Sequence record: PP885688.1
Reading direction: 5' to 3' (one strand)
DNA: 64,000 nucleotides
The notes beneath the pieces were generated by a model. That model was not told the DNA's origin. It made no database searches and was given only the letters and a program-made list of their open reading frames with translations. Each line of letters opens with the position of its first letter. Position 1 is the first letter of the stretch. A program made the position numbers and the translations under genes. Of this stretch, positions 19,614-29,137 are shown piece by piece.

Positions 19614-20933
19614 TTAGATCGGCACCTGCACATTCATGGAGGTGTGCTCTACCTGGAACACGAAGTTAAAGTTCCAGCGAAAGGGGTTCTTCGCGTCCAT
19701 CACCCAGCTCAGGCTCTTGAAGTAGCCGGAGTAACGAACGTTGCGGAACAACATGACAACGCGACCGCGAGCCATCACATCGTTGCGCCGGGAAACGTTC
19801 TGGAAGGTCGAGGATCCGGTCGTAGGGGACCATGCGAACTCATCCATCTGCTGCATGGAGGTGGATGCGCCGGTGAAGTTCTTGTTCTGGAACCAGACCT
19901 GGCCGTTGTTCTTGAACATCGCGAGGAATTCGACGAAGGCGTCCTTGGCGGCGACGCGGAAGAATCCCTCGGAGTCGATCGAGTTTTCAATATCACCCGC
20001 AGCTACGGGGTCGGACTGGAAGGCCTGCAGGACAGACTGCTTGATGGTGGCGGGTGCTGTGGACAAGCTCAGGAAGTCGGTGACGCCCAGCTGATTCGCC
20101 ATGAGGCCGGTGGAGGCCTGGCCGGAGATCGTGTCGGGGGCTGATCCCCAGAGATTGACGAGGACGGCTGTGCGGGTCTGCTGTTTCGTGACGACGTGAC
20201 GCAGCGACTTCTGGAAGGTGCGCACAGAAGCATTGAGACGAAGTGAGATCGGAAGGAGAGCGCTGTTCTCCTTGAAGTAAATCAGGAAGGTCACGGGGGA
20301 TCCGACCGCCGCTGTAGGTCCGTTGACCTGAAGAATGCTGGGATCGCTGTACCAGGGGGCCTGACTGAGGCCCGACGAGATGATGAGCGCCGGTTCGGTT
20401 GCATTGATCACGGCCTGCGACGTCAGTACCTGGCCAGACACCGGCTTCGCCGTCGGCACATTGGAGTCGTCCACAGTGAGATTCGCGAGTTCGCTGCTGG
20501 GATTGGGTCCGGAGCTGTCGTTGACGTGTCCGTCGCCCTGTGGCTGCGCGACTGGCTTGACCTGCACTTTTCCAGAGGCGATATCGTTCCACGTTGTTGT
20601 GGGTGGGACACCAAGGCGTGAGGCCACGCCGTTCGCCCAGTTGGGATCCGACGCGTAGTTGGCTCCCGTCTGTGCGATGGTCTGATTTGGGTTGTAGAAC
20701 TTCGACGGAGTTCCGTCAGGAGTGGTTCCAGTGAAGAAGGTATTCACCTGACCGTAGAGCGCGTTGTAGCCGTCATCCTGCGTCGCGAAGCTCTGGGTCC
20801 CTCCCGAGTCCGTGTTTCCAAGATCTCCGGGGTTGTTGGTACGCGTCGGTTTGTTCCCCGCAGCGGCACCATAACCCTCTTGCTTGGCGATTGAATTTCC
20901 GATGGATGCGATTGTGGCTTGGCTGGGTGGCAT
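19614..20933 (-). CDS. Baseplate protein with N-terminal lysozyme-like domain and C-terminal tube-initiator-like domain
   Basis: IAKQEG..RTNNPGDL..FATQDDG..YASDPNW (NNPG muramidase-like); C-terminal YSGYFKSLSWVMDAKNPFRWNFNFVF parallels the neighbouring gene. Confidence 0.55.
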   Translation of the reverse strand: MPPSQATIASIGNSIAKQEGYGAAAGNKPTRTNNPGDLGNTDSGGTQSFATQDDGYNALYGQVNTFFTGTTPDGTPSKFYNPNQTIAQTGANYASDPNWANGVASRLGVPPTTTWNDIASGKVQVKPVAQPQGDGHVNDSSGPNPSSELANLTVDDSNVPTAKPVSGQVLTSQAVINATEPALIISSGLSQAPWYSDPSILQVNGPTAAVGSPVTFLIYFKENSALLPISLRLNASVRTFQKSLRHVVTKQQTRTAVLVNLWGSAPDTISGQASTGLMANQLGVTDFLSLSTAPATIKQSVLQAFQSDPVAAGDIENSIDSEGFFRVAAKDAFVEFLAMFKNNGQVWFQNKNFTGASTSMQQMDEFAWSPTTGSSTFQNVSRRNDVMARGRVVMLFRNVRYSGYFKSLSWVMDAKNPFRWNFNFVFQVEHTSMNVQVPI

Positions 20934-23900
20934 TATTTCGCCTTCACGAGCGGCACAGCCTCACCGGACTGATTTACCGCGTTCTGAGCGCTGCCGCCCG
21001 CTGCCGTGTAACCCACCGACATGTTGTTGGTGGTGTTGTAGTGGTTCGTCACACTTCCGCCGGGCGCTGAAGACGTCGAGTCGACTGGGTTCAGGGTGCC
21101 GTCGGTGAGGTGTTTGAATTGGGTTGCGCCCAGGCCTCCGTACGAACCTGCCGCAGCTGCGCCGGTAGCATCGAGCGCCTTCTGGGTTTCGGTGGGGGTC
21201 TGGTTATCACGAATATCGAATAGCGCGGACGAGGCATCCTTCTCCAGCAGCATTCCGCTCTTACCGTTGGCGACTGCGCCGGTGGCTTCACGGATCTTTT
21301 GCACGGCAGCTGTCTTGTCGTCGAGTTCTTTCTGTAGTTGGTCTTTCGTCTTACCTTCTTTGCCGTGTTCGATGTCGTACTTCAATCCGTCGATCGCCTT
21401 GTTGAGGTTGTCGATCGCGATCTCGGAATCGCCCTTGTTCATCGCATCCTGCAGCTCTTTGAGATCACCGCCGGTGACGGTGTCGGCCTGCCCGAGGTGG
21501 AAGTGGGAGAGCAGATTTGCGATGTAGTCGAGCGGGGTCTGCAGCTTGTTGAATAGGGAAGTGAAAGCGTCGGCAAAGATCTCGGAAGAGGTACGCGTTG
21601 CGGAGGAGAGCTCACGCGCGTGGTCAATCCCCTCTCGGCGATCTGTCTCTTCTACCTTCGGCTTCAAAAGCGGAGCGAGCCAGCTGGCCCCACCCATCAG
21701 CTGGAGAATCTTTGGATCGCGAGCGAGGACCTCCATCATTTTGCTTTGGCCGTCCGTGGTCTTCGCGTAATTCGACAGATCCTGCACCTTATTGCCGGAG
21801 TGACCCAGTCCCTGAACCCCGTTGTTCTGGAGCTGGTCGTACATCGCTTCCAGACCAGCACGGGATTTGCGTCCTTCGACAGAGTTGGGATCCTTGACGT
21901 TCGACAGACCGTTCTTTGCTCCCTCAATCTCGGCCCCGACGATGTCGAAGACGTTCGACGTAATCAACTTATTCGCCTTCGTTGGGTCAGTACCGAGTGC
22001 CTTCAGGAGCATCTGGAACGCAGGGTCAGACTGCATCTTGGCGTTCCGCACTGGATCCAACGTGTCCGAAATTTTGTAATTGGTCGCCTTCATGGCAGCC
22101 TGAATCGAAAGCGAGTTGAACATTCTCGCGGAAAGGATGTTGTTGCCGAGGGTCTCACCCCCTTGTGCAAGACCGACAGCGTTCCCACTCTTGATGTTCT
22201 GGTCCGCGACCGCTTTTGCGGCATAAGCCTGGCGGGCCGCTTCAAGAGCGGTTGAGGTCGTCTGGTACTTCGTAGAGTCAACCTTTCCGTCAGCTCCGGT
22301 AGCCGTCCTTTTGGCTTCGAGTAGCAGTTGGTTGATCGCGTCGTTTCCACCGGCTTCGATGCGCTGGCGCAGTTTGTCGGGATCGTAACCGGGTCCGAGA
22401 GCAGTGCTGGCATTCTCCAGGCTGGACTGGAAGTTCGAGTCGAAGGCACCACGGTAGGTGTCCGCACTACCCTTGTCATGAATCATCTGCGTCGCGAGGT
22501 ATGACTTCACCTCCAACGAACGATCGGCTCCTCCGCCGGTCTGCACATCGAGTGCGTCCTTCAGATCTTCGGCAGTATTTCTACCAGTGACCGACAGCAG
22601 ACGCATCGTGTCGACCGTGGTCTCAAGAAGTTTGTTTGAGCGGTCGTAGTGCGAGTTCACCTCGTCAATCAGACCGATGTACTTCATCGTGGACATCCCA
22701 GCCGTGCGGGTGTCCTTGTTGATTCGGATGAAGAAGTCCTCGGTCGAACCAAGCGACTGCTTGTACTGCGAGACGAGCTTGATCGTCTGGTCAGTGCTCT
22801 GATTTGCGTCAAGACCAGCCATACGGCCATAGGCATACACATTGCGTTGCATCGTGCCGAAGCTGCCGCCGACGATACCGTGACCGTCCTTCTGTAGATC
22901 GCCCTGGCTAAGATTTGAATTCGAGAAACCAGCCTCCTGCAGTGAGTGCGCGATGGCGAGATTCTTCTCGTAACCGATACCGAGATCGGAATAGAGTGGA
23001 CCGTTCAGGTTGCTGCGCACCTGATTGATCGAGCCCAACGGGCCGCCAAACCGACTGCTACCGTGATCGTTGTAGATTCCACTACCGCCGAGCTTGTCAG
23101 CGGTCTCTGCGTTGAGGACCTGATTCTTATCAAATGCCATCTTCACGGCTTCAAGGCCTGCGAGGATGGGTGCGAGTGGGCCTGCGAGCTCAGCGACGGC
23201 TCCTGCCCCTGATTCCAGAGCACCTAGACCCATTGAAGCGATACCGTGGCCGATGCTGCCTTCGCCACGGGCGAGAATATTCATGCCGAAACGGTTCAGC
23301 ACGCCGGGTGTCTTGCCTGCTGCGGTGTCGGCGGCGTGGCGACCGTAGATGCGAGCGCCAAAGCGCCCAGCACCTTCTTTTTTTGCCTGCTCGGCTGCGC
23401 GTGCAGCAAACTCTCTACGTTCCTGGCGCGAGCTGGAGCTGCTCAGTAGACCCTCGCGCGAGGCTACCTCCATGACACGCTCGCGGCGCTCCCTCTGGCT
23501 CTGGTGGCTACCCGCGACATGCTGACTCTGGGCACGACGAAGCTTGGTGGCGGTGGCCGCATACTGGCGGTACTTCCGTGTCGAGTCGTTGTTGATCTGA
23601 AACAGGTGGCGCAGGGAGCGAGTAGCACTTGCTGCATCCTCGCTAAGTGAGTTCAGGCGGATGCCCTTCATGCTCTTTCCCGTGCGAATGGTCTCCTGAC
23701 CGATCCGCTCCATCATGGTCAGAACGTTGTGCAGCTTCTCCGGCGACAGGGGATTATCCGGACCGATCTTGATGTCGTTGAGCGCCTTCCCGATCTCTGC
23801 GATGTTGCGCTTGATCAGGGCTGTGCGCTTCTTGCCGTAGGCTCCGTTTTCGAGCTGCGACTTGTTCAGCTTCTCCATCTCCCGCAGCGTCTTGACGATG

Positions 23901-24253
23901 TCCTGATAGTCAGAGGCCTTCACACCGTCCTTGCGGATCATGCGGGTGTAGTTCCTGATCTTGCCGAGGCTCTCCGAGTACTCGCTTATAAAGCTGACCG
24001 ACTTACGCAGCTCGCTTGTGCTCTCGGCGTAGGCCTTGCGAATTGACTCACCCATTGACTCGTTCTTACCCAACAGGACGCCGATCTTTGTCAGCAGATC
24101 CGCAATATCCTTCAGCTGTGGAGTTCCACCACCGAGGGCGTCGATCGAGGACTGAAGGGGATTCGGTGTCTGCTTCGGACCCGTCTGGGCAGGACCCTGC
24201 GCGGCATTTTGTGCCGGGTTGTTTGGGTTCGCATTGTTGGGCGGCGGAGGCAT
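20933..24253 (-). CDS. Tape measure protein
   Basis: 1106 aa, helical/Ala-Gly-rich, between chaperone-like genes and baseplate genes. Confidence 0.65.
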   Translation of the reverse strand: MPPPPNNANPNNPAQNAAQGPAQTGPKQTPNPLQSSIDALGGGTPQLKDIADLLTKIGVLLGKNESMGESIRKAYAESTSELRKSVSFISEYSESLGKIRNYTRMIRKDGVKASDYQDIVKTLREMEKLNKSQLENGAYGKKRTALIKRNIAEIGKALNDIKIGPDNPLSPEKLHNVLTMMERIGQETIRTGKSMKGIRLNSLSEDAASATRSLRHLFQINNDSTRKYRQYAATATKLRRAQSQHVAGSHQSQRERRERVMEVASREGLLSSSSSRQERREFAARAAEQAKKEGAGRFGARIYGRHAADTAAGKTPGVLNRFGMNILARGEGSIGHGIASMGLGALESGAGAVAELAGPLAPILAGLEAVKMAFDKNQVLNAETADKLGGSGIYNDHGSSRFGGPLGSINQVRSNLNGPLYSDLGIGYEKNLAIAHSLQEAGFSNSNLSQGDLQKDGHGIVGGSFGTMQRNVYAYGRMAGLDANQSTDQTIKLVSQYKQSLGSTEDFFIRINKDTRTAGMSTMKYIGLIDEVNSHYDRSNKLLETTVDTMRLLSVTGRNTAEDLKDALDVQTGGGADRSLEVKSYLATQMIHDKGSADTYRGAFDSNFQSSLENASTALGPGYDPDKLRQRIEAGGNDAINQLLLEAKRTATGADGKVDSTKYQTTSTALEAARQAYAAKAVADQNIKSGNAVGLAQGGETLGNNILSARMFNSLSIQAAMKATNYKISDTLDPVRNAKMQSDPAFQMLLKALGTDPTKANKLITSNVFDIVGAEIEGAKNGLSNVKDPNSVEGRKSRAGLEAMYDQLQNNGVQGLGHSGNKVQDLSNYAKTTDGQSKMMEVLARDPKILQLMGGASWLAPLLKPKVEETDRREGIDHARELSSATRTSSEIFADAFTSLFNKLQTPLDYIANLLSHFHLGQADTVTGGDLKELQDAMNKGDSEIAIDNLNKAIDGLKYDIEHGKEGKTKDQLQKELDDKTAAVQKIREATGAVANGKSGMLLEKDASSALFDIRDNQTPTETQKALDATGAAAAGSYGGLGATQFKHLTDGTLNPVDSTSSAPGGSVTNHYNTTNNMSVGYTAAGGSAQNAVNQSGEAVPLVKAK

Positions 24254-24256
24254 GGA

Positions 24257-24859
24257 TTAGCTGACTTCGCTCTCTTCCACGTCCTCATCGAGAATCTGGT
24301 CGACGCGCTCCTGAAGTGCGTTCTTGGTCATCTGTTCAAGATCTTTCTGAATCGTGGCCTGGTACCGGCGCTCGACTTCCGTCAGTACTGCGGCCTGCGG
24401 GAAGCTGTCGAAGAGGCGGCTCTCGATGGTTTGCGCGTGATTCATCAGCACTTTCCACAAAACTTGCATCACTTCGAGGCCCCAGCTCTTGATCAGCCCA
24501 CGCAGGACGACCTGAATATCCTTGGGATAACCATCGGCGGGGTCGGTAACGCGGCGCTCCTGCTTCGAGAGCTTGCGGATGTCGATGCCGTTGATCCACG
24601 TGATCGAACGCGAGAGCAGCTCGATCTTGACCTCCTGGAAGAAGGCGTAATTCTTCAAACCCTCGACCGCACTCATGGCGGTGAGGTCCGACTCGGTGGG
24701 AACATTCGACAGCTTGATCTGGACTTGCTTGCCCGCAACGACCAGGGTCAGGATCTCTTCAAACTCTTCAATTCCGAAGCCAACCAGGTCTGCCAATACG
24801 TCATCGATCGACGTGGGGACTGGAAGCTCGGGGGAAACTTGCTCTACGGATTCACTCAT
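24257..24859 (-). CDS. Putative tail assembly chaperone
   Basis: Directly upstream of tape measure; acidic; ATG 24859 preferred to GTG 24871. Confidence 0.5.
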   Translation of the reverse strand: MSESVEQVSPELPVPTSIDDVLADLVGFGIEEFEEILTLVVAGKQVQIKLSNVPTESDLTAMSAVEGLKNYAFFQEVKIELLSRSITWINGIDIRKLSKQERRVTDPADGYPKDIQVVLRGLIKSWGLEVMQVLWKVLMNHAQTIESRLFDSFPQAAVLTEVERRYQATIQKDLEQMTKNALQERVDQILDEDVEESEVS

Positions 24860-24867
24860 GGAAGCCC

Positions 24868-25917
24868 TCACCTGTACTTCGCTAGCCGGTCCATTGGCGA
24901 AGACTGTGGTTCGTCGTCAGGCTCCCCGCCGACGACCATACGACCCTTCCTGAGGACGCTCTCTCGCTCTTCGACCTCGGCGGCGGTCATCGGGGTGAAG
25001 GAGGACTCCTCGAAGCCTCGACCTCCGCGTGCCGCGACTCTCTCGTCGATCTCCTGCTGACGCTTCTCAGCGCGGAGACGTTCCTGCTCGTCGAAGGCAG
25101 CGAAGACTCGCTCGTGCCGGTCGTTCTCCATCATGCCTTTGAGCTCACGCATCATGCCCTCGACCGATTCGTCCTCGGAGTGAGCCCAGCCGTCATCGAG
25201 CTTCGGTTGGTCGCGGTACTTCACGGTCTCGCGCCACGGCTCCAGGGTGTCGGTCATCAGGCCACGTGCGGCAGCCTTCAGGTCGGCGGCTATCGGGTCA
25301 GCGTTCTTACCGACGTGAGGCCGGATCATGAGCACGGCGTTCATGGATGATTCGACCCGGCGCTTGGCCTCGATGCGGTAGTTGCACAACGTCGCCCAGA
25401 GGCGGGCCTGGTCGGAGGGTGCGCTCAGGCGAATCTTCTTTCCATCCGGCAGGGTCACGCTGCGATCGCGGAAGGAGGTGATCTCAGAACCCTGCGAGTA
25501 CCAGAGCTGCTCACTGCGGCTAGTGGTAACAAACGGGCTGATGTACGAGTAGAGCCGCAGATCGCTGTCGCTCATCGCCTTGACGACGCGGGACAAGCTT
25601 CGCAGTTCAATCAGGCTCAGGCCACGGATCTCGTCGACGGTGAGCGTTGTGGCGAGGCCGAGCAGGTACTCGATAAATTCGATCTCGTTGGTGATCCACC
25701 GGCGCAGCGCCTTACGCTCCGACAGGTGGACGCCGCGTACCCAGCCGACCTTCTCCTCGCCGACGTACAGCGGACGGATGCGAGCGCCAACTTCGAGCAG
25801 CTCTTCGATCGCGACGGAGACGTCTTCGCGGGTCTTGACGAGGAACTCGGAGGGCGCAACCTCCAGACGTCCGTCGTTCAGACGCTGCATGAGCTCAACG
25901 CCCTGTGTCCTAGCCAC
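24868..25917 (-). CDS. Hypothetical protein, possible tail assembly chaperone
   Basis: 349 aa, charged, coupled to neighbours. Confidence 0.5.
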   Translation of the reverse strand: MARTQGVELMQRLNDGRLEVAPSEFLVKTREDVSVAIEELLEVGARIRPLYVGEEKVGWVRGVHLSERKALRRWITNEIEFIEYLLGLATTLTVDEIRGLSLIELRSLSRVVKAMSDSDLRLYSYISPFVTTSRSEQLWYSQGSEITSFRDRSVTLPDGKKIRLSAPSDQARLWATLCNYRIEAKRRVESSMNAVLMIRPHVGKNADPIAADLKAAARGLMTDTLEPWRETVKYRDQPKLDDGWAHSEDESVEGMMRELKGMMENDRHERVFAAFDEQERLRAEKRQQEIDERVAARGGRGFEESSFTPMTAAEVEERESVLRKGRMVVGGEPDDEPQSSPMDRLAKYR

Positions 25918-26389
25918 GGGAGCCCTCCCGCGCGGGAACTAGGCGGCCTTCGGACTCGGCCTGCTGGAACATGAGCTTGCTGATGTTCTCCGCGTCGTCG
26001 ACGCCAGCGCGACCGAACTTGCGCGAGACGGCGGCGGTCGCCTCATCGGCAACAGCGTCGACAGCTTCTTCCTCGTCCTCGATTCGTTTGCGGTAGGCCA
26101 TCTGATCCGGGGCTTCGTACAGACCCCCAGCGGTGTAATACCGTTCGTCGGGCAGGTTCCCCCGGTATAGGATCCAGATTCTCCAAAAAATAGCCTCGGG
26201 AAGTTTCTTCAGGACGTCGAGCGCCTGCGCAACCGTCACCGGGAGACCGGAGATGTCGACCAGGGCATGCGACATCACCGTCTTGCGTTGATCCTCAGCG
26301 GGAGAGAACGGGAGTCGGATCTCCTCGGACCACGTGAGTCGACGGAAGTGGTAGCGGTACGAGTTCAGGGGTATTTCGATCAGGTCCAT
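25910..26389 (-). CDS. Hypothetical protein, possible tail assembly chaperone
   Basis: 159 aa, first gene of the minus-strand block. Confidence 0.55.
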   Translation of the reverse strand: MDLIEIPLNSYRYHFRRLTWSEEIRLPFSPAEDQRKTVMSHALVDISGLPVTVAQALDVLKKLPEAIFWRIWILYRGNLPDERYYTAGGLYEAPDQMAYRKRIEDEEEAVDAVADEATAAVSRKFGRAGVDDAENISKLMFQQAESEGRLVPAREGSRG

Positions 26390-26559
26390 CACTTCAGACT
26401 GGGGAAGTCGGACGCAGGGATCTCACCGGAGTACGGGTTGTCAGGAGGATCTATGACAACGGGAGCTGGTGTCGTGGTTTTTGCTTTTGCCTTTGTTTTT
26501 GCTCTTGTTCTTCAGGCCTAGAAGAGGCCAAAACCCGTAGGGTTAGGTGAGACATTCTC

Positions 26560-26780
26560 TCAGGTGCCCACATGCCCACATATATACATAAAAACAGGTA
26601 ACTGACAGTCAATTACCTAAGCCTGCTTCTCTAGCGAAAACTCCATAGCGAAAAATCCCTGAGTTCAGGTACCTAGCCTAAACTCCATAGCGAAAAATAC
26701 CAGAAGTTAATCATTCCAGACGACTTAGCTCCTACATGGGGACTTCTCGTCACTTTTTTCAGTTTTATTTTCAATCCATA
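26560..26780. repeat. Candidate replication origin: direct repeats, palindrome and AT-rich tract
   Basis: 19-bp direct repeat AAACTCCATAGCGAAAAAT at 26638-26656 and 26680-26698; extra TAGCGAAAA at 26632; 11-bp imperfect palindrome at 26596-26618; tandem TGCCCACA; T-runs at 26754-26771; directly upstream of initiator/loader genes. Confidence 0.5.
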
Positions 26781-26809
26781 ATCGCCTCCTTGCCTCCTCC
26801 GTGGGTATT
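26778..26809 (+). promoter_or_regulatory. Class B promoter-like motif (ATAATC-N19-GGGTATT)
   Basis: Conserved boxes and spacing; upstream of initiator gene. Confidence 0.75.
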
Positions 26810-26833
26810 ACCACTTTGACTGGCTTGGAGGCC

Positions 26834-27661
26834 ATGACTGTGACAGAGGAACGAGTTCTATACGAGCGCCGGTGGAGACTGGCATTTGAGCAGATAGCTG
26901 CAATCCGATCTGAACCGAACGGAGCAAAGGGCGAGGGACATTACTCGCTGCGTAAACCGCGTGTCTTCACCCGCGAAAACGGAAGCACCTACACCCTGGA
27001 CAGTCGCCACTACAGCGTATGGGTTGCCCTAATCGCCCGTGCCTGGGATCTCAGCTTCAGCCGCGCTGTCACACGTATCGGCAACGAGGCTCTCAGTCAG
27101 GAGGCCGCGATGTCTTCAACCATGCTCAACACCTGCATGCGTGATTTGATCTCGGTAGGTCTCGTGCGCCGCCGCCCCAGCAAGAATGCCACCAGCGAGA
27201 CGCGCCTCTACCTCCACCCACTCAAGGCCGGTCAGAACGACAGCCCTATGGTCCCCGTCATGATCGGGAAGGATGACATGCCCTACTTCGTCTGCGAGGC
27301 AGGTCTGGCCCGAGGTGAGCGTTCCGAAGATCCCGAAGATCCAGCTGGTGACCCTGAGGGTCTATGGCAGATCGTGGAGATCCTCGGTGAGGCGTTCCCG
27401 CAGCACAAGAGCAACACGCCGAAGCAGTTGCCGAAGCTCAAGAAACATTTGATCCACTGCTGCCTCGACATTGCGGGTTCGGTTCGTGGTGGCTGGGACG
27501 TCCTCTACCCGCTCATGCGTAGTGAAGCCCCTGATGACCTAGAGCTCAAGGAACGTATGCGTCAATCCAAAGACCTTGGCGTGTTCATCGAGCAAGCCTT
27601 CCCACGCTGGTGGGCCGCACACTCTGAACCGTCGAATGCTGACGTGATCGCCACTTTCTGA
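26834..27661 (+). CDS. Putative replication initiator, winged-helix (RepA/DnaD-N-like)
   Basis: IGNEALSQEAAMSSTMLNTCMRDLISVGLVRR wHTH pattern; followed by DnaC-like ATPase; ATG with GGAGG SD. Confidence 0.6.
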   Translation: MTVTEERVLYERRWRLAFEQIAAIRSEPNGAKGEGHYSLRKPRVFTRENGSTYTLDSRHYSVWVALIARAWDLSFSRAVTRIGNEALSQEAAMSSTMLNTCMRDLISVGLVRRRPSKNATSETRLYLHPLKAGQNDSPMVPVMIGKDDMPYFVCEAGLARGERSEDPEDPAGDPEGLWQIVEILGEAFPQHKSNTPKQLPKLKKHLIHCCLDIAGSVRGGWDVLYPLMRSEAPDDLELKERMRQSKDLGVFIEQAFPRWWAAHSEPSNADVIATF

Positions 27662-27690
27662 ACACTGAAATCCATAGAGAAGAGTCCATT

Positions 27691-28983
27691 ATGAGCAAAC
27701 AAAAGAAGGAAAATACAGCGCTGGCTGTGTACGAAGGTGAAGTCATCCCAGCCCCGGAGCTGCCCATCCCTGCGGCCTCCGAGATCGAGCGCTTCTTCTG
27801 GAGCAAGGGTATGCAGTATCAGGCCTTGGAACAAGGTCTGACTCTCCACGAGCTACCACACGGAGCGTTGAACTATCTCAAGCTGGAGACAGACTGGGTT
27901 GCAGAACCCTTCGACGAGATGCAGTGGTTGGAGGAAGACGCGAAGAAGGTCGGCCTAGGTCTGAAGCCATGCCCATACTGCTTTGGTAAAACCAAGATCG
28001 AGCGTCCCTACATCGGCAAGGTGACTGGGCTGCGCATCGAACGTCCCTACCCCTGCGAGTGCCGTCTCTGGATGAACTTCTATCCCCGCTGGTACAACCC
28101 GGCCAACGTGGCTGCCGACTACCGCTCTGTGAGAATGGACAATCTTGAGGACTACTCGAACAATCTCAACGCCTTCAAAGGTGAGGAGCTGGTCAAGTTG
28201 CTCGATACCGTCCGCAGCAACCAGTACAACTGCTATCTCCTGTCAGGACCTTCTGGCACTGGGAAGACGACGCTGATTACGGCGATGTACCATCGCGCAC
28301 TCCAGGCTTGGTCTGCTCTTTGCTATGAGTACAACCTACACACGCCTGCAGTCTGGAAGGTTCACGCGACATCGTTAGCAAAACAGTTCCGCAACTGGGA
28401 GATGCGTTCCGAACGGGACGACGATACTGGGAAGCCGACCGAGCCACCAGAGGTCACCGTAGAGAAGGTGTTGGCTGCGGTGAAGGTTGGTCTCACTCCT
28501 TGCCTCTTCATCGAAGAGCTCGACAAGATCAAACTGAACTCCGAGTTTCAGGCCAAAGAGTTCTCAGCCGTCATCGACGTCATCCAGTCGAACGGTGGGC
28601 AGGTCGTCGCCGCCTCGAACCTCAGCGAACTCGGTATCAAGAATGCTCTGGGTGAACAGTTCGGCCCGGCCATCATCCGTCGGTTGATCGGACCTCGCCT
28701 CAACGCGGAGAAGCCAGATGAGCCCGCCAATCCTGAGAAGGGTGGCTTCCTGATCGACTTCAAGAGTGGGCTCGTGAAGCACAACGAGAAGATCTCAGAG
28801 GCGAACTGGAAAGGGGAGGCCCGCACGCAGGAGCTTCCAAAGGGTGGTAACAAAAAGAATTTCTCCACTCCATCCCTCCCTCCACCGGTAGTCGCTGAGC
28901 GTGCGTTCGGTGAGAAGGCCCCAGCTAAGGTTCACGGCACCTTTCAGACTACGAGCAGTGGCACTCGTCGCTTCGGCGCGTAG
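27691..28983 (+). CDS. DnaC/IstB-like AAA+ ATPase (helicase loader)
   Basis: CPYC..CEC zinc site, Walker A GPSGTGKT, Walker B LFIEELD, AIIRRL sensor segment. Confidence 0.75.
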   Translation: MSKQKKENTALAVYEGEVIPAPELPIPAASEIERFFWSKGMQYQALEQGLTLHELPHGALNYLKLETDWVAEPFDEMQWLEEDAKKVGLGLKPCPYCFGKTKIERPYIGKVTGLRIERPYPCECRLWMNFYPRWYNPANVAADYRSVRMDNLEDYSNNLNAFKGEELVKLLDTVRSNQYNCYLLSGPSGTGKTTLITAMYHRALQAWSALCYEYNLHTPAVWKVHATSLAKQFRNWEMRSERDDDTGKPTEPPEVTVEKVLAAVKVGLTPCLFIEELDKIKLNSEFQAKEFSAVIDVIQSNGGQVVAASNLSELGIKNALGEQFGPAIIRRLIGPRLNAEKPDEPANPEKGGFLIDFKSGLVKHNEKISEANWKGEARTQELPKGGNKKNFSTPSLPPPVVAERAFGEKAPAKVHGTFQTTSSGTRRFGA

Positions 28984-29046
28984 CACCTCCGACAACCGAC
29001 TACTCAACCCATAGTGCAGGGTGCCCTCCAAAGAAATTTGGGGGGC

Positions 29047-29078
29047 ATTTTGTCCCTACGGCCCTTCCTGTGGGTATT
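29047..29078 (+). promoter_or_regulatory. Class B promoter-like motif (ATTTTG-N19-GGGTATT)
   Basis: Core GGGTATTACCC, weaker upstream box; upstream of RNR. Confidence 0.6.
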
Positions 29079-29137
29079 ACCCATCAGGACTCGCGCTATA
29101 CCCAGCGGCTCCAAAGTAAAAAGAAAAGGCAAACACA

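Noticed and set aside
24257-26389. Programmed -1 frameshift in the chaperone genes
   Set aside because: No in-frame X XXY YYZ slippery heptamer was found near the ORF ends; the T-run at ATT TTT TGG is not in the right phase.
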